64,000 nucleotides of DNA from Yuukianura sp. NJ FZ-2021 (GCA_046563655.1 CM102285.1:62001-126000); one strand, 5' to 3'; positions 1-13,377 are shown, numbered from the stretch's first letter. The notes: generated by a model from the sequence alone, not told the origin. Made by a program: numbers and translations.

Positions 1-321
1 CCCCCACCACCCCCTCGCTGCAGTTCCACTTTGCCCCCCGTCATTCTCCCTTTGAGCATCTACAAACCAATGGGAGAAGCAGTTGCACAGGAGTTCATCA
101 TCCACGCAATTAGAACAGCATGCAGGCCCAAGGTCCGTTTTTCAAAAAAAGTTCAAAATTTCAAATTTTCAAAATTTTCGAAATTCCCGCTCTTCTCTTT
201 TCAGCCTCAGTGTTGCTCAGATGCTCCGTGTGGACCGAAGGGAACAATCATCAACTTTGTAGTTCCGAATAAATATCTTCCACGACTGCCAGCATACGGC
301 TGTCCAGAACAGTTGCGATGA
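1..321 (+). CDS. 3' end of an unknown Pro/Cys-rich protein (exons <1-132, 205-321)
   Basis: Open frame from the window edge, GT..AG intron at 133-204 with T/A-rich interior, stop at 319-321; no recognisable domain. Confidence 0.45.
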   Translation, partial: PPPPPRCSSTLPPVILPLSIYKPMGEAVAQEFIIHAIRTACRPKVRFSKKVQNFKFSKFSKFPLFSFQPQCCSDAPCGPKGTIINFVVPNKYLPRLPAYGCPEQLR

Positions 322-548
322 ACTACTGCACAGAAGAAGTGAAATTCAACTGCGAAGGAGCACAATCTAAACACAAAGTTTTGTTTTAAAGTGAATTTTT
401 CAATGACTTCGACACAGTAAATACCTTTTTGGTTTCAAGTCACAAATCTTTTTACTCCAAAACTTTACGAATTTACAATTTACGTATAAATTTACTTCAA
501 AATTTACATGTATTTTTACGTTTTTACTTCAACGTTTACTTTTACACT

Positions 549-2031
549 TTAATCGTTAACAATAAGTTTTGGTTGCAAATATTCAAATTCTGGCGAGTGA
601 ACAAGCATCATAAGCTGGGCATCAAAAACGTCTTGAACAATTTCCAAATATCCAGCCAAATTCTTGTCCAGCGGATAACATTTTTCCAGTTTTCGAATCA
701 TGACCTGGAGATCATTGAGTTGATCTTTGAGGTCATTGACCCTGGATTCCATGGCAGCTTCCAGAATTGACCTAGAGGTCATTGACCCAGAGGTCATTGA
801 CCCAGAGGTCATTGACCCAGAGGTCAACTCCAGTTGAGCTGCTCTTCTAAGAATTGTGTTGAATTTGTCTCGTTCACAATCCGTGTCATCTTGGAGAGTC
901 ATGATGTTCATTACACCGCGGACTGCTAAAGTAACTCTGTTCAAAACTCGTTGAAACAAAAAGGATTTCCGAATTTTGTCATCGATTTTGAAATTTCGAA
1001 GTCCCGCTAAAATTTCAATCATCAAAGTAGGTGTGGTGGACATGCTTTGAATTTCTTCTAAAGTACTTTCGGAGTAGTCGTCTGAGTCCAAACTCATAAA
1101 AATTGCAGCAGCTCCAACCATCCCAGCACTATGACATTCGTCCAGCATCCCCTTTAAGCTTGGATTTGAATCCTGAAAATCCAACAAAAATTTAAACACT
1201 TTATTCAAATTCCCGCCAGTTGAAAAATTTACTTTTCCCGCCAGAATTCAAACTTTAGTTTAAGGTTTCCCAAAAAATTCAAAAATTTTGCTCAACTTTT
1301 CCCCCCATAGTTCAAAAAGTAAGTTTTCCCGCCGGAATTTCACCGTTATCTCCAGTTTTTCCCCAAAATTTAAGCGCTAGTTTAAGTTTTCCCACCAAAA
1401 TAGAAAACTTTTGCTCAATTTTTCCCCCCATAGTTCAAAAAGTAAGTTTTCCCGCCAAAATTGAAACTTTTAAGTTTTGACACGAAGTTACCTCTAGTCG
1501 TTGCCGTGCCTCTTTGCCCATAGTGTAATGACCTAATGCTTCCGGAAAGAAGTCTTGCACATGCTGAGCATCCGAACTTTTCATGGCCGTTTGAATTTCA
1601 GTTTCAGTGACGCGGTTTTCCATGTACTTTTCAATCTGTGGAAATCTTTGGACAAATTGTTCATAGCCAACTTCGACTCCAACGTGCTCCTTGATGTCAC
1701 TCACTTCATCTGTGTAGTTGCCCAGAATGTGACTGCAGTTCACTTGAAACACAAAGTCCAGTTCGGCACTCCCCGGAATCAGCGATCGGTCGACAAACGC
1801 TGTTTGGACAAAGCGCGAGTACATTTTGCACAACAGAGTTTCGTCATCTTGATCTTCCGACATTTTCCGCATGTCGCTCAACTTGGAATTTAAAAAAGAA
1901 TCGACGAATGATTTGTCACGTAGAATCGGCGGGAACTTTAAATTTTCTGAACGAAGCACCGGAATTTGAATTTTCAAATTTCGAATTGAGCCGTACTCGT
2001 CGTGGTGAATTCCTTCCAGTGTAAGTTCCAT
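549..2031 (-). CDS. Terpene-synthase-fold protein A, catalytic motifs lost (exons 2031-1492, 1172-549)
   Basis: IPVLRSENLKFPP aligns by eye with IPMLLPPGAYKFPD. MIEILAGL..IRKSFLFQRVL aligns with LIELALL..MRRSLIFQRIL, and YLEIVQDVFDA with VLDVLEQMVDG, in the neighbouring TPS genes. Phase-0 GT-AG intron at 1491-1173. Confidence 0.7.
765..826 (-). repeat. In-frame 15-bp tandem repeat (TSGSM, about 3-4 copies) within gene A
   Basis: gaggtcattgaccca repeated; absent from paralog B. Confidence 0.85.
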
Positions 2032-2594
2032 TTTCAAAATTTAAAAAAAAAACAACACAAAAATGATATAAGGAATGATACTCTTTTTTTTAGAAAAGTT
2101 CAGATTTGAAGAAATTTTTATACTTCCACTCTCTTCCAAATTGCAATCAAAACTACTTCAATTTCACAATGTCTTTCTGTGTACCGGTTTTTTTTTGTGC
2201 CAAAAAATTTCCAAAAATGAATGACGCACGCATAAACTTCCGCGTAAAAACTTTTGCCAATTTGCAACACTTTTGTAATAAATTAAATTGTAAAACAAAA
2301 ACTGGTTTACCTTCAAAAAACAAATAAAATTTCCAAAAGAAGGACAGCCGTTTAATGACAAAAACAAAAATTATGAGTTTTATTTTTTATTTTTGATCAT
2401 TCTGCAATTATTTGTGGCTTTTTATCAAAAATGATAAATTTTTAAATAGTTTTGAGTTTTGCTTGCAAATATCAGAAAATTGAAATTTTGGAAGAATTTC
2501 TCGCTTTTTAATGACAAAATTAAAATCTAGTTTACAATTTCTACAAAGTTTTTGACCATTTTCACAATTTTTTGTAACTTTTTCATAAAAAATG

Positions 2595-3964
2595 TTAATT
2601 TTTAAGTTTTGGTTGTAAATATTCATACTCAGGAGAATGCAAAATCATCATGAGCTCCGCATCCCAAACGTCTTGCAAAATTTCCAAATACTCCGACAAG
2701 TTTTCATCCAATGGATAAGTTTTCTCCAGTTTTCTGATGATGACTTGAATGTCATTCAGTTGACCTCTGAGGTCATTCACTCTGGATTCAACTGCTGTCT
2801 GGAGACTTAACTTTTTAGCCCTTTTTATAATTGTGTTGAACTTTTGTTTGTTGCCTTCTTCCAGATCGGCCTGGAGCGTCACTAAATTGTCCAGTCCGGT
2901 CAAGGCAAAACAAAACCGATTGTGGACTCGCTGGAACAAATAAGTCTCCCGGATTTTGGAATCTACTTTCAAATCACGAAGTCCCGCCAAAAGTTCGACT
3001 GAATTGAGACCATTTGAGGTCAAGCTCAGAATCTCCTCTGTCGTCTCCTCCGAGTACACGTCTGGGTCAAGGTTCAACACATAAGCAACTCCAGTCCGAA
3101 TGCCCTGACTACGAAACTCCTTCAGACGCTCTTCAATGTCAGGAATCGTTTTCTACAACAGTAAAAAAATTGCAGCTTGATTAACAACGAATGACAATGC
3201 AAAAAAAAAAAATTAAGAACCGAGTGGGATTCGAACCCCGCGTTTCTCTTATCCCGGAAGCACACTCACCATTGAGCCACCAGTCCCCATTCTACAAACT
3301 TCTGCCGTGGGGGTAGCCCTCGGCCAGTTTCAACCTGGGGGGGGGGTGTTCATCTATGCCACCCCCACAAGGTGACCTTGCCCCCCCGCAGGTGACCTTG
3401 ACCTTGAACCCAACTTACATGTAGTTCCTTTGCAACTTCTCTCAACAATAAGTATCTTCCCATGGCTCCCGGCAGAATGTGTGAGAGTTGGTCCATTTCA
3501 GCGAGCCCCATGCCCTTGAGCGCTTCGATCTCCTCGTCACTGCCGCGGTTGTGCATGAATCGCTTGAGGAGCGGCAGTCTCTGCACAAACTGCTTGTAGC
3601 CCACTTCCAGCCCCACTTCCTCCACTAATTCATTCACGTCGTCAGGGGAACCGCCAGCGAAGTTGCCACAGTCCGCTTGGAACACAAAGTCATGGACGGG
3701 GGTACTTGGCTCAAGGGTCCTGTCCAGGAAACTCACGTGGACCAAGCGAGAGTGCATCTTCACCAGCAAAGAGTCGTCGTCCAGCTCCTCCGCCAAAGTC
3801 CGCATGCGCTTCAGATTTCCATTCAAAAAGGCATCAACTGCTCCCTTGTCCGTTAAAATCGGAGGCACTTTTAAATTTTCGGGACGAAAAACGGGAAGGT
3901 CAATGACCAAACTGTCGATACTTCCAAATTCGGCGTCATGCAAATTTTTCAGAGTGATTTCCAT
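2595..3964 (-). CDS. Terpene-synthase-fold protein B, catalytic motifs lost; close paralog of A (exons 3964-3419, 3152-2595)
   Basis: Colinear with gene A (ESRVNDL..QLND.QV.IRKLEK.YPLD.NL..YLEI.QDV.DA.LMM..HSPE.EYLQPKL); same intron position. Confidence 0.7.
3216..3290 (-). repeat. tRNA-derived SINE-like or tRNA pseudogene fragment in the intron of gene B
   Basis: Minus strand has A box TGGCTCAATGG and B box GGTTCGAATCCC; cloverleaf not intact. Confidence 0.55.
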
Positions 3965-5237
3965 TTCAAAAAACACAGAAAAACTGAAAAATTAAAACTT
4001 TTTTGAACCTTCGAAAATGTTGTCTTTTGTGCTAAATTGTTGATTTGATGCTTTCAAAATGTTGCCTGCGAAGTAGAGTTGAAAATTTCGTCTAAAGGGT
4101 TAAGGATAAACTTGATTAAAACTTGAAAATTTTGAGTTAGGTTTTGAATTTGAGTGTGTGAAATCTGAGTCACTTTTTGGCTAAACTGGAAATTCGCAAC
4201 GTTTTTCTTTAGCACTTTTTGCAATTTGCAAAAATCTCAAGACTTTTTTGCACATTGGAAACTCCCAGCCTTGCAAAGTTTCTTTGGAGAGAAGTGGGAA
4301 ACCCACATTCACATCCTTATGGAATAACATTATAAAAGTTTGAATTTCCCACTCTCAGTTTCCTTGTTGTTCATGATCAGTCTACAAGATTTAAAAAAAA
4401 AATTATCTGAATGTTGAATTGAACCCACTGCTCACGAAGAATCAAGATGCCAAATTTCCAATACTAAATTTTTTTTTGTTATAAGACGGCCTTTATTACT
4501 CTCTGGGTTTTCCATGATATCAACAAAAAAATTTGGAAAACCAGTTTATTTTCTGGGGTTTTCAATGACGTTTTTATGAAAACTTTGTTTTTTCAAATAC
4601 TTGAATCCATTATTCTCAAGGCAAACTTTTAACTACCGGCACTGTTTAAATTCCCAACATTTTTGAAATAAGCGCCAAAAAAAATTTACACTTTATAAAA
4701 AAATACTTGTTTTTGGTGCCTAAAGTCAGTTGCGCTTGATCTGAATCGAATCATAGTCATTTTAACTCCTCTTCCTCCAGCACTTAACATCTTCAGGTAA
4801 AATTTTAACAGTTTTAATCAAATATTATAATACATAATATAACAAAATGTATTTATATAAATAATAACATAAATAAATTAATTACAACTAAAACTAGCAT
4901 TGTTAACTCAAGAATTCCCAAAATATTTAAGTTTACACAATATTTTTAATTTTCCAGTTTTCTGCATTTCCAGTTGTTTTCTGCATTTTCCGAAAGTTCT
5001 CGGCATTTTCCGGCTGTTTTTGATATTTTCCGGCAGTATTCGGCAGTTTCCGTTACATTTCAGGAGTTGTCTTCCACTTCATTCCACTATTTTGTTAAAA
5101 AATGGTATTTTTTACTACTTTATTTGGTATACTGTATTTTGGTATTTAATTATATACATCTCATTTCATTCAAAATTAATAGATTAATTATTATATAAAT
5201 TATTTTAATTAATTGAATTACTTTTCATCAATTGTAG

Positions 5238-6851
5238 AGTAAAACTGGTCCTCCCGTCCTGCCTCCCGGCAAAACCCACACGGTTCAAGTTCAATATGTC
5301 AATGACAACGGTGTCACCGTGACCTTGGACGCCGCCCTGCCGCTCGTCATGACCGTCGGAGACTTCAAACCGCCCGTCATCGACACTTCGACCGAACTCG
5401 ACACGCAGTGGATCTCCGACTGGCTCACCGAAACCGGACTTCTGGCGGCTACCGGAGCCGATCCGGCCGAACTGCTCGAACGGTGCAAAACCGTGTGGAC
5501 TTCGACCCACTTCCTCTGCCCACGGCTCTCCATCACTGATCCACGGTTCAAGGCGTTCTGTCTCTACCTCATGTTTGTCGCCGTGGCAACCAAACTGCCG
5601 GAAGTGGACAAGATGAAGGGCCGCGGCGGTGGGGCGAGTCAGAAGATGATCGGCATTCTGGGCAAGGTCGTTGGAGATCTCCTCTCAAACAAGTATGAAA
5701 AACTGGAAGATCTTCCAGAACTTCCAGAAAAGGCGGCGCCGTTGGTCAAGGCCCTCCATGTCATCAGCGTCATTTCGAAGCGTGACATTCCATGCTGGAC
5801 AGACGAGGTCAAATGGCTAGTAGATAGCATGAGCAAGGCACTTGGAGCAGCACCGCTACTGGAAAACGACTTTCTGGACCAATCACCGGAGACTTTTAAG
5901 TATTTGAAGCGGTACGCCGGCGCAGAACCGATGATTGAACTTTCAGCAATGGCCAACACTGTTACACTGCCTGAGAGCATGCGCAGTTCACTCTTGGTGC
6001 AACAGATCATGAACAAGGTAAAAGAAAAGATTTTTTGATCTATTCATTTCAACTGACTTAACTTACATAAGCATGCATGTCAAAAATATTCAGTCTCCAT
6101 GCCTGTAATGTTAATTATTATTTAGTAAGTAGTAACAGAAAACCCGAAAATATTTTTTATATTAGAGGGGTTTTCTGTTACTAAATACTTATTTATTTAG
6201 TCATGCCATTAATGCTAAATAAGTAAATATTTAAGCGAGTTTTTAAAAAATATTTTTTTTGTGGTTTTTAGCACATAGGCTTTTTAACCCTATGTATTAA
6301 GTTTCAATTGCTTAAAACTAAGTTTTCCTAATGCTAACAACACCCAAAATATTCACAAAAAATATTTTCTTAAAAAATCGCCAGAATAAGTATTTGTTAA
6401 ATAACATTAAAGACATAAAGACTAAATATTTTTGACATCTCTGCTAATGAATGATTTCTGATTGAATGCAATTATAATTTTAAAATATTTTGAATGCCAG
6501 GCCTGTTCAATGGCAGCGACCACTTTGGACATCAAGATGATGAAAATCAGTTTAGAGTTGGGCAACCGAATCAGCGTTCTGACGCTGTGGAAGCGCAAGG
6601 GCTGTAGTGTGGAAGAGGCGTTTAAAAAAGCAGTGGCGGATTTAGAACAAGATGCCTTTGAATTCCGCTTGCTCTGTTTGAACATTCGCGCCATGAACAA
6701 GAAGAATTCAAGGTTGGACAGATTTTTAAAACATGTTGAGGAGTTCCTGGATGGAAACACGATGCGACCGATGGACAAGGAGTTAGAGCAGTACGAAAAA
6801 AATAAGGAACTCGTCAAGGAAAAAGTGGCAGAGGTCAACGCAGAACCATAA
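5238..6851 (+). CDS. Terpene-synthase-fold protein C, catalytic motifs lost (exons 5238-6017, 6501-6851; start exon not located)
   Basis: LPLVMTVGDFKPP, WISDWLTETGL, DPRFKAF, PETFKYLKRYAGA.PMIEL, MRSSLLVQQI and VEEFLDG align with genes E/D/G; canonical splice sites in frame. Confidence 0.7.
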
Positions 6852-9024
6852 AACAACTGTTTTCACAAAAATTCAAAATTTTTGGAGTTACAACATTTTC
6901 AAATTCAAAATTTTAACAATTTTAGTAATATTTTTAAACCCCAAAAGTATGAAATTGTGAATAGAATAAATTGAGCAGTCCAGGCTTGTTTTTTCGATTA
7001 AAAAAAATCCTCTTTTTTTTTTTGAAAATTTTGATTTTTTTTTTATTATGACGTCATTGTATATTCAGAAAAGAGGTTAGGGTTTGCAAACAATTGTTCG
7101 TGACGTTTATTCGATTTAAAGATTTCCAGTTTTCCATTAATTTTTTTTGCATCTAGCCAGTATTCTATGTGAAAAGTTTTTTTTACATGCAAACTTTGCT
7201 GATGTGATAGTAGTTGTACGTAATCGGTTTATGCAAAAAAAATTGTATGTAATCCCTGCAATGCATCAAACTTTTAATTGGATTTTAAGTAAAACCAGAA
7301 TGCTTTCTCACTCTTGCTGGGACGTCGCCCCATGTTGAACAACAGAAGGGGTCTCCCCAAATACTGTGTATTGTGCATGAGGAAAAGGAGAAAAAATCTA
7401 TGTATACTAATGAGAAGGTGTAAGTGTGGGACAGCATACCATTCGTTTGTTCATCATTTCATTTTATTCTTAAAGTTTCCTGTCATCACAAATTTGAAAA
7501 AATCAACAAACTAAAAAATTTTTACGCGCAGTTTACGAGTAAGAGTTTAAGGTAATAGTTACGAGTACGAGTCGGACGATTAAACGGGTCTGTGGCGAAG
7601 CCCCAGCAAGCATTCCCAGCATGCTTGCTGGTTTTAAAAAATGTTGAGAATAAACAAACCAATCAGCAACCATGCAGAGACGGACTTACATTTTCGCATT
7701 AGTATTACAATAAAAGTCTCAACTTGGGTTTTCCCTAACTCATGTGAATTTTTACTCAACAAATATTTTGAACTTAACCACTGCCTATGTAAAAATTTAA
7801 TTTTAGGTATGAATGTATCCAAATATCAATTACGAGTGAAACTTATTTTGGTTCATTCCTTTTTATCAATTGTGAACCTGAATTTTCCTCAACTCGTGAG
7901 ACTCTAATGAAAAAAATAATTATTGAGAGGAGCCGGAAATATAAATTTCTGCAATTTGGAAATGCAAAAAAAATTTTTAAAAAAATGACTGATGAGCTGA
8001 AACAGAATAGCATTTATATACTGGAAATGGGTAGTCACTTAATTAAAACATTCCGAAACACTTCCCTAACTTGTGTAAAAGAATTTTTTTTAGTAAATTT
8101 GAAATTTGAAAAAGTTTCTCATGTATATTCATAAGTGAGCTCATGCTTTTGACGAAATTTGATTACGCCATTTTCTTGGAGTAGTTGATTTTTTTAAATG
8201 CTGCAGACGTAATACGTTATACATTGAGCATTGACGAAGGTAGACACTAAAAAACTCGTTCTGTGTGAAAAGTAGATGCGAGATAACTGGTTGTTAAAAT
8301 ATTAAAAACCAAAAAGCGCACCTAACCGCCGTTTCTTTTATTTTATTTCTCTCATTTATTAAGTTTAATTGGGTTAAGCTGTGAGTTGAGTCATTTGTCT
8401 GCGCATGTCGTGTCAAGGTCAACATTGAGGAAAATATTAATTAAACTAAGAACTATACAACAGTTTCTGTCTCAGCAAAACGTTAGTTGTTCAACAAAAC
8501 TTCTGCAGTACGGTCAAGGTGAGACAATCATAAACTTAACAACATTCAATTAAACTCCAATCACAACACAAGTAGAACAAACTATATTTTAGATTCAAAA
8601 ATGATAAAACACTTTACAAGTTAGAAATAAAAACAGCATTTTTACTAAAAAGTGATGAAATCAAAGCCATTTGGACAGAAAATGAAAATTTCTATTTTTT
8701 TTTAAACGCATGACCATTACTTTAGTAAATTGACTTCATCCGTTCAAAATTGAGTGCTCAACTAAAGATTTCGACAAAAATTTAGTTCAACTCAGAACGG
8801 CCGTTGCTCTTTACAAAAATCTTTACGAATTTACGCCTTTACGTTTTATGTTTTAAATTTACATTTACGTTTGCATTCACATTTAAACTGGGTGTGGACA
8901 TTTTTATTTAAAATTTATTATAACTTTTGAAGGAATTAGAACTTTCCATTTTTTTACTTCAAATTTGTGTACTTCTTGTTAAAGTTTCTTTCTGATTTTT
9001 TTCTTTCTAACAGACACGTATACA

Positions 9025-10268
9025 ATGGGCAGCATTTCAACTTTTGCAGAATGTGAGGATCGAACTTTCGGCAAAAGTGACGATGGAAATTTCGACAAAA
9101 TTGACTATGGAAGTTTCGACAAGACTGGCCATCTTTGGTGCCACTTTACATTAGACAATGTCGAAGGTCAAACTTTAGACGGTTTCCTTCCTCTGCTCCT
9201 CCCTCCCGGAAAATACAAGTTTCCAGATGTGCAGAAAGTAGAAGCACAAGACGGGAGTTGGATCCAGGAGTGGATTGAGGAGGCGGGGCTTCCGTCAGAG
9301 GACCAATCAGAGGAGGAGCATGCGCAGTTCGCCCGTGACATGGCCACTATGTGCGCATACTTCCTCCCCGGCCTTGACCCTGGCACTGACCCCATGAAAA
9401 TTTACATGTGGATCATGACCTTGTCGTTTCTAGGCGACGACGTGCTGGAGGGGCGGGACTTGCTTGGGCGGGACAAAGTGGCTGGCCAGGAAATGGTCGT
9501 CGTTGTGGCCGACATTTTTCGCGGGAAATATTCAAAGTTTGAAGATATTCCTATAAGTGAAGACGCTTTTGGGCTAAAGTCAATGATCAAGGCTGGATTT
9601 CTGGCTGCGCAGAAGGCTAATGCCCTTTTGCCAAACTTTTTTGAAACTTCTGCGCACCTTGCTGATGCCATTAGTGCAGCCTACAGTGGAATGCTGGCAA
9701 TGGAGCTAGAGGATCACTATGACGACGACATGGGCGATCTCCCAGTAGATTCTTACCAGTTTTTTAGAAAGTACGAAGGTGGATTTGAAGGTTTGTTTTT
9801 TAAATTTTTTTAAATTTAGAAATTTAAATTTTTTTTTAATTGTAAATTTTGAAAATTGCAGGTCTGATTGAGTTGGCGTTACTGTGCAAAGGGGCTGTTC
9901 CCACTCCGGACATGCGCAGAAGTCTCATTTTCCAGCGCATTCTTGACCTTGCGTGGTCCATCAACGTTAATATCAACGATCTTTTTAGTATTCGGAAGGA
10001 GTTGAACAATGGCGTTGGCTACAACGTTGTTGCTTACAAAAGTAAATTTGTTGAGCTGCCCAAGGCTTTTGCACAAGTCGTTGCGCATGTGCAGGAGCAG
10101 ATTTTGAATTTCTCTGCGCTGACTAAACGCTACCGAGAGCTTGGTGAAGGAAATGAAACGATAAACGGAGTTTTAGACGTGTTAGAACAAATGGTGGATG
10201 GACATATCTACTGGTACGCAGTCAGCAAGAGATACGGAGACATCAAACTACAAATTGTCCAACGCTAA
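9025..10268 (+). CDS. Microbial-type class I terpene synthase D (exons 9025-9790, 9862-10268; 390 aa)
   Basis: DDVLE (DDxxD/E) at 9436, YQFFRKYEGG (pyrophosphate-sensor Arg region), NDLFSIRKE (NSE/DTE) at 9975, WYAVSKRY (WxxxxxRY) near the C-terminus. Confidence 0.85.
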
Positions 10269-11012
10269 TTACATTTAAAATTTTTAGTTTACTTAGAAAA
10301 TTTTGAAATTTTGAAATTTTCAACAAATTGTGATTTCATTGGTTTGACTCGCATAGTTAAAATAAGAGGCTTTAGAAGAACGTTAATAAAATTAACCTTT
10401 AAAAAGTTCAAAGTCTCAAAAGTTCAGAGCTCAGATATTATTAATATTGTGAGATTTTTTTTCAAAAGTGTAACTTTGATAACTTTATTTTGTGGTAGCT
10501 AAAATTTCAAACTTTGAAGTTTTTGTGTTTTTGTCGTAACTCTCTGAGTTAAAAGAGTCATTTATAATTTGAGAATTATAAAAACAGTTTATTTGAGTTT
10601 GGAATTTCCAAGTTCACACAGAATCGGCAGAAAATGATGAGAAAAGAGGGAGGAACGTAAATGTTTTGTGCATGCGCAGACTCATTTTCTTTTAATTAAT
10701 AAAAAAAGTGGTCGCTTTTCGCACTTGCGCAGATTCATTTCCTTTTAGCATCAGAAGATTCTGTTTTTTGTGCACTTGTAAACTTGACGTCAAGGAAAAC
10801 AGTAAAGAAGTCTTTAGTGTTGAAGGAAAGCAACAAGGAAATTTTTGTGTTCAAGGAAAACCGGAAAAACTACGACAAAAAACAGCGGTAACTTTGAATT
10901 TAAAAACTTTAGAATTTACATTTAGTTTTATAAGAAAATTAACAAATAACAATTAGTTTTATGTTTATAATCTTTTAGAAGTTTAATTTTGGAGTATTTG
11001 AATCTTTGAAAA

Positions 11013-12095
11013 ATGGCTCCAAATTTTCAACCAATCAGAATCGAGCTGGAAGAAAACGGAGTCCAAATTGTGCTGGAGGGTTCGCTTCCGTTAATATTGG
11101 AACCCGGAATTTTCAAAAATCCATTTCAAAAAACCGAAAATGAAAATTCAAATTTGGAGCCTGTTCCGACCTGGCTTCGTGATTGGCTGAATTCGACTGG
11201 ATTGGTAGAATTTTGCGGAAATCTTGAATCGAGCGGGAGTTTTTCAAAAATCAAGTCTTGGTACGAATTGGCACAGTTCGGCCTTCCAGATATGAATCCA
11301 ACGGAACCGAGATTTCAACTTTTCGCGCGTTTTTTAATATTTTTGACTATTTCTGCCCAGCATGAAGAAATGTTAAAGATGAGAAGCGGGAATTCTAAAG
11401 CAAACGAACTCATGGCCGACCTGGTAGCAAATGTTATGCGTTCGAAGTATCAAAAAATTGAAGAGTTGCCAGAAGTACCGAAAAGTACAATTCCACTTTT
11501 TCGCGCCCTTTTTTCCCTCCGCGAGGATTCGAACTCGCGGATTCCAGATTTTGCCGAAATTGCGCCTCCTCTGATCGATGCAATGCGAGAATCCATTTTG
11601 GCCAATTCGAGACTTGGACTTCCAGCGATGCTCGAAGCCCCGGAAACTTTTAACTTTTTTAAACTTCGCGCAGGCGCTCAAGTGCTGGTTGAACTTGCAA
11701 CGATTTGTCGTGGTTTGTACTTGCCAGCTAACCTACGTCTTGACCTAATGTGTCAAAGGTTTCAAGATTTGACATCATCCATAGTCTATAAGGTCATGGA
11801 CATGAGAGAAATGGGGCAAAGTGAGTCAGATAACACTAATGTCCTAAGATTTCTTAGGACAATAAGGAAAGTGGAGCTTCCGGAGGCCTTTGCATTGGTT
11901 TTGAATCAACTGGAGGCGGATGTTGAAGAATTCAAAATCGTGGCGCGCTGTCTGCGCGGACTTTACAAGAAAAATCTCAGATTGCCCAAGTACATTCGTG
12001 CAGTGGAATTCTTTGTTGATGGATGCATGATCTACGATTTTCAAAAAATGTGGGAAAATTTCAACATTGAAGAATTCAAAAACCTAAAAATTTGA
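11013..12095 (+). CDS. Terpene-synthase-fold protein E, intronless, catalytic motifs lost (360 aa)
   Basis: Colinear with D/G (LPLILEPGIFKNP, LVELATICRG, ELPEAF, VEFFVDG). DDxxE is replaced by AQHEE, NSE by MDMREMGQS, and there is no RY. Confidence 0.75.
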   Translation: MAPNFQPIRIELEENGVQIVLEGSLPLILEPGIFKNPFQKTENENSNLEPVPTWLRDWLNSTGLVEFCGNLESSGSFSKIKSWYELAQFGLPDMNPTEPRFQLFARFLIFLTISAQHEEMLKMRSGNSKANELMADLVANVMRSKYQKIEELPEVPKSTIPLFRALFSLREDSNSRIPDFAEIAPPLIDAMRESILANSRLGLPAMLEAPETFNFFKLRAGAQVLVELATICRGLYLPANLRLDLMCQRFQDLTSSIVYKVMDMREMGQSESDNTNVLRFLRTIRKVELPEAFALVLNQLEADVEEFKIVARCLRGLYKKNLRLPKYIRAVEFFVDGCMIYDFQKMWENFNIEEFKNLKI

Positions 12096-12195
12096 AAATT
12101 AAAATATGTTTCTACTTTATTTTATGCGTCTTGCTACATAATATGTAATGTGAATATTATATTATATAATACGTATATCATATTATGTGATATTT

Positions 12196-12260
12196 ATTAT
12201 CGCCAACTCTTGATGTGCTGTACGACTGAAATAATTTCCATCAGAGCTTTGGTGTTGGAG
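12196..12260 (-). pseudogene. Remnant of the CRAL-TRIO gene 3' end
   Basis: Translates KALMEII vs KALLEII in the intact gene; adjacent AT-rich flank at 12150-12210 resembles 15340-15400. Confidence 0.5.
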
Positions 12261-13069
12261 TTTGCTATGGTGGAAAAACCTGTTTTGCGATTTTCATTAT
12301 TCACTTGGGAAAAGCTGATTCTTTGAAAGTCAAAACGTTTTGATCTATTTCACAACAAAAAAGGTTTTTCTTGCGGTCATCTTTTTCTATGGAGTGGCAT
12401 TTATGACTCCAAATACAATTTACGAGTTTAAAATTAACCTAAAACCGAATTCTAACTTATTTACTTCTAAATTACTATCTTCTAATTTTAGAATTTGAGT
12501 TAGACAGGTTAAAGGCTAACTATCGTTCAATTTCGCACATGTTGATAAAGCTTAATTAAAAAATTTAAGTTAAGTTCATTTTGAGGTTTCCGTGCTCATT
12601 AACATTCGGCTTATTTACATTCGCGGGAACTGCATTCGCGCCTTTGGTTTTCGCGACAATGACTTAATAATAAGTACAATTAAAATGATAGCATCAAACA
12701 AGGAAGCAAACTATATGGAAGTGTTTAGATTGTGTGATCCTGATCACAAAAAGCGAACGTCTTGTTTACGTCTTATTTAGGAATTTTTTGTTAATTAATT
12801 AAAAATAATTATATTTGGAGGCATCAATGCCCCTCCATATTTTTCAAAATTTTCTTTCAAATGAAAATATGGTTTCAGTATCTTGAAGTTTCGCACCAAA
12901 ACGAGTTCCTTCATCACATACAAGAATTACATTGAATAATATTGTTATTTTGTGGCACGACTTAAGCATAACAATCAACAAGAGAAGAGGATAAAACGAA
13001 GCTGAAACGGCAAAACGTTAGTCACTCGAAATTCTTTGCACGTGATGAAGAATAGGTGAAAAAAAGTCA

Positions 13070-13377
13070 GTTGTGGAGCAGGTCAAGTGGTTAACGAGGG
13101 AGTCAACCTTTTAGATCAGTAATTCTGTTCGAATCCCGCCTCTTTTATTGAATTATTTTATATTTATACTTTTTTTTTAAAGTTTAAACACAAACACACA
13201 GTTCCAGTGGAGTGAGGTTAAATTCAGGACTGGCGTTCGACTCCTATCCGGATCATTTTCTTTTTCAAACGTTAAATTCTTAAGACACAAGTGAAATTAT
13301 TGCAAGTGAGCTCCAGGTAGTTGGTTAACCTCCGAATGAGTTTTTCCTGGAGTCTGGGTTCGAATCCTGCCAGCGGT
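13070..13377 (+). repeat. Three degenerate tRNA-like (B-box) modules upstream of gene F
   Basis: GTTCGAATCCC near 13127, GTTCGACTCC near 13235 and GGTTCGAATCC near 13357, each followed by T-rich runs. Confidence 0.45.
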
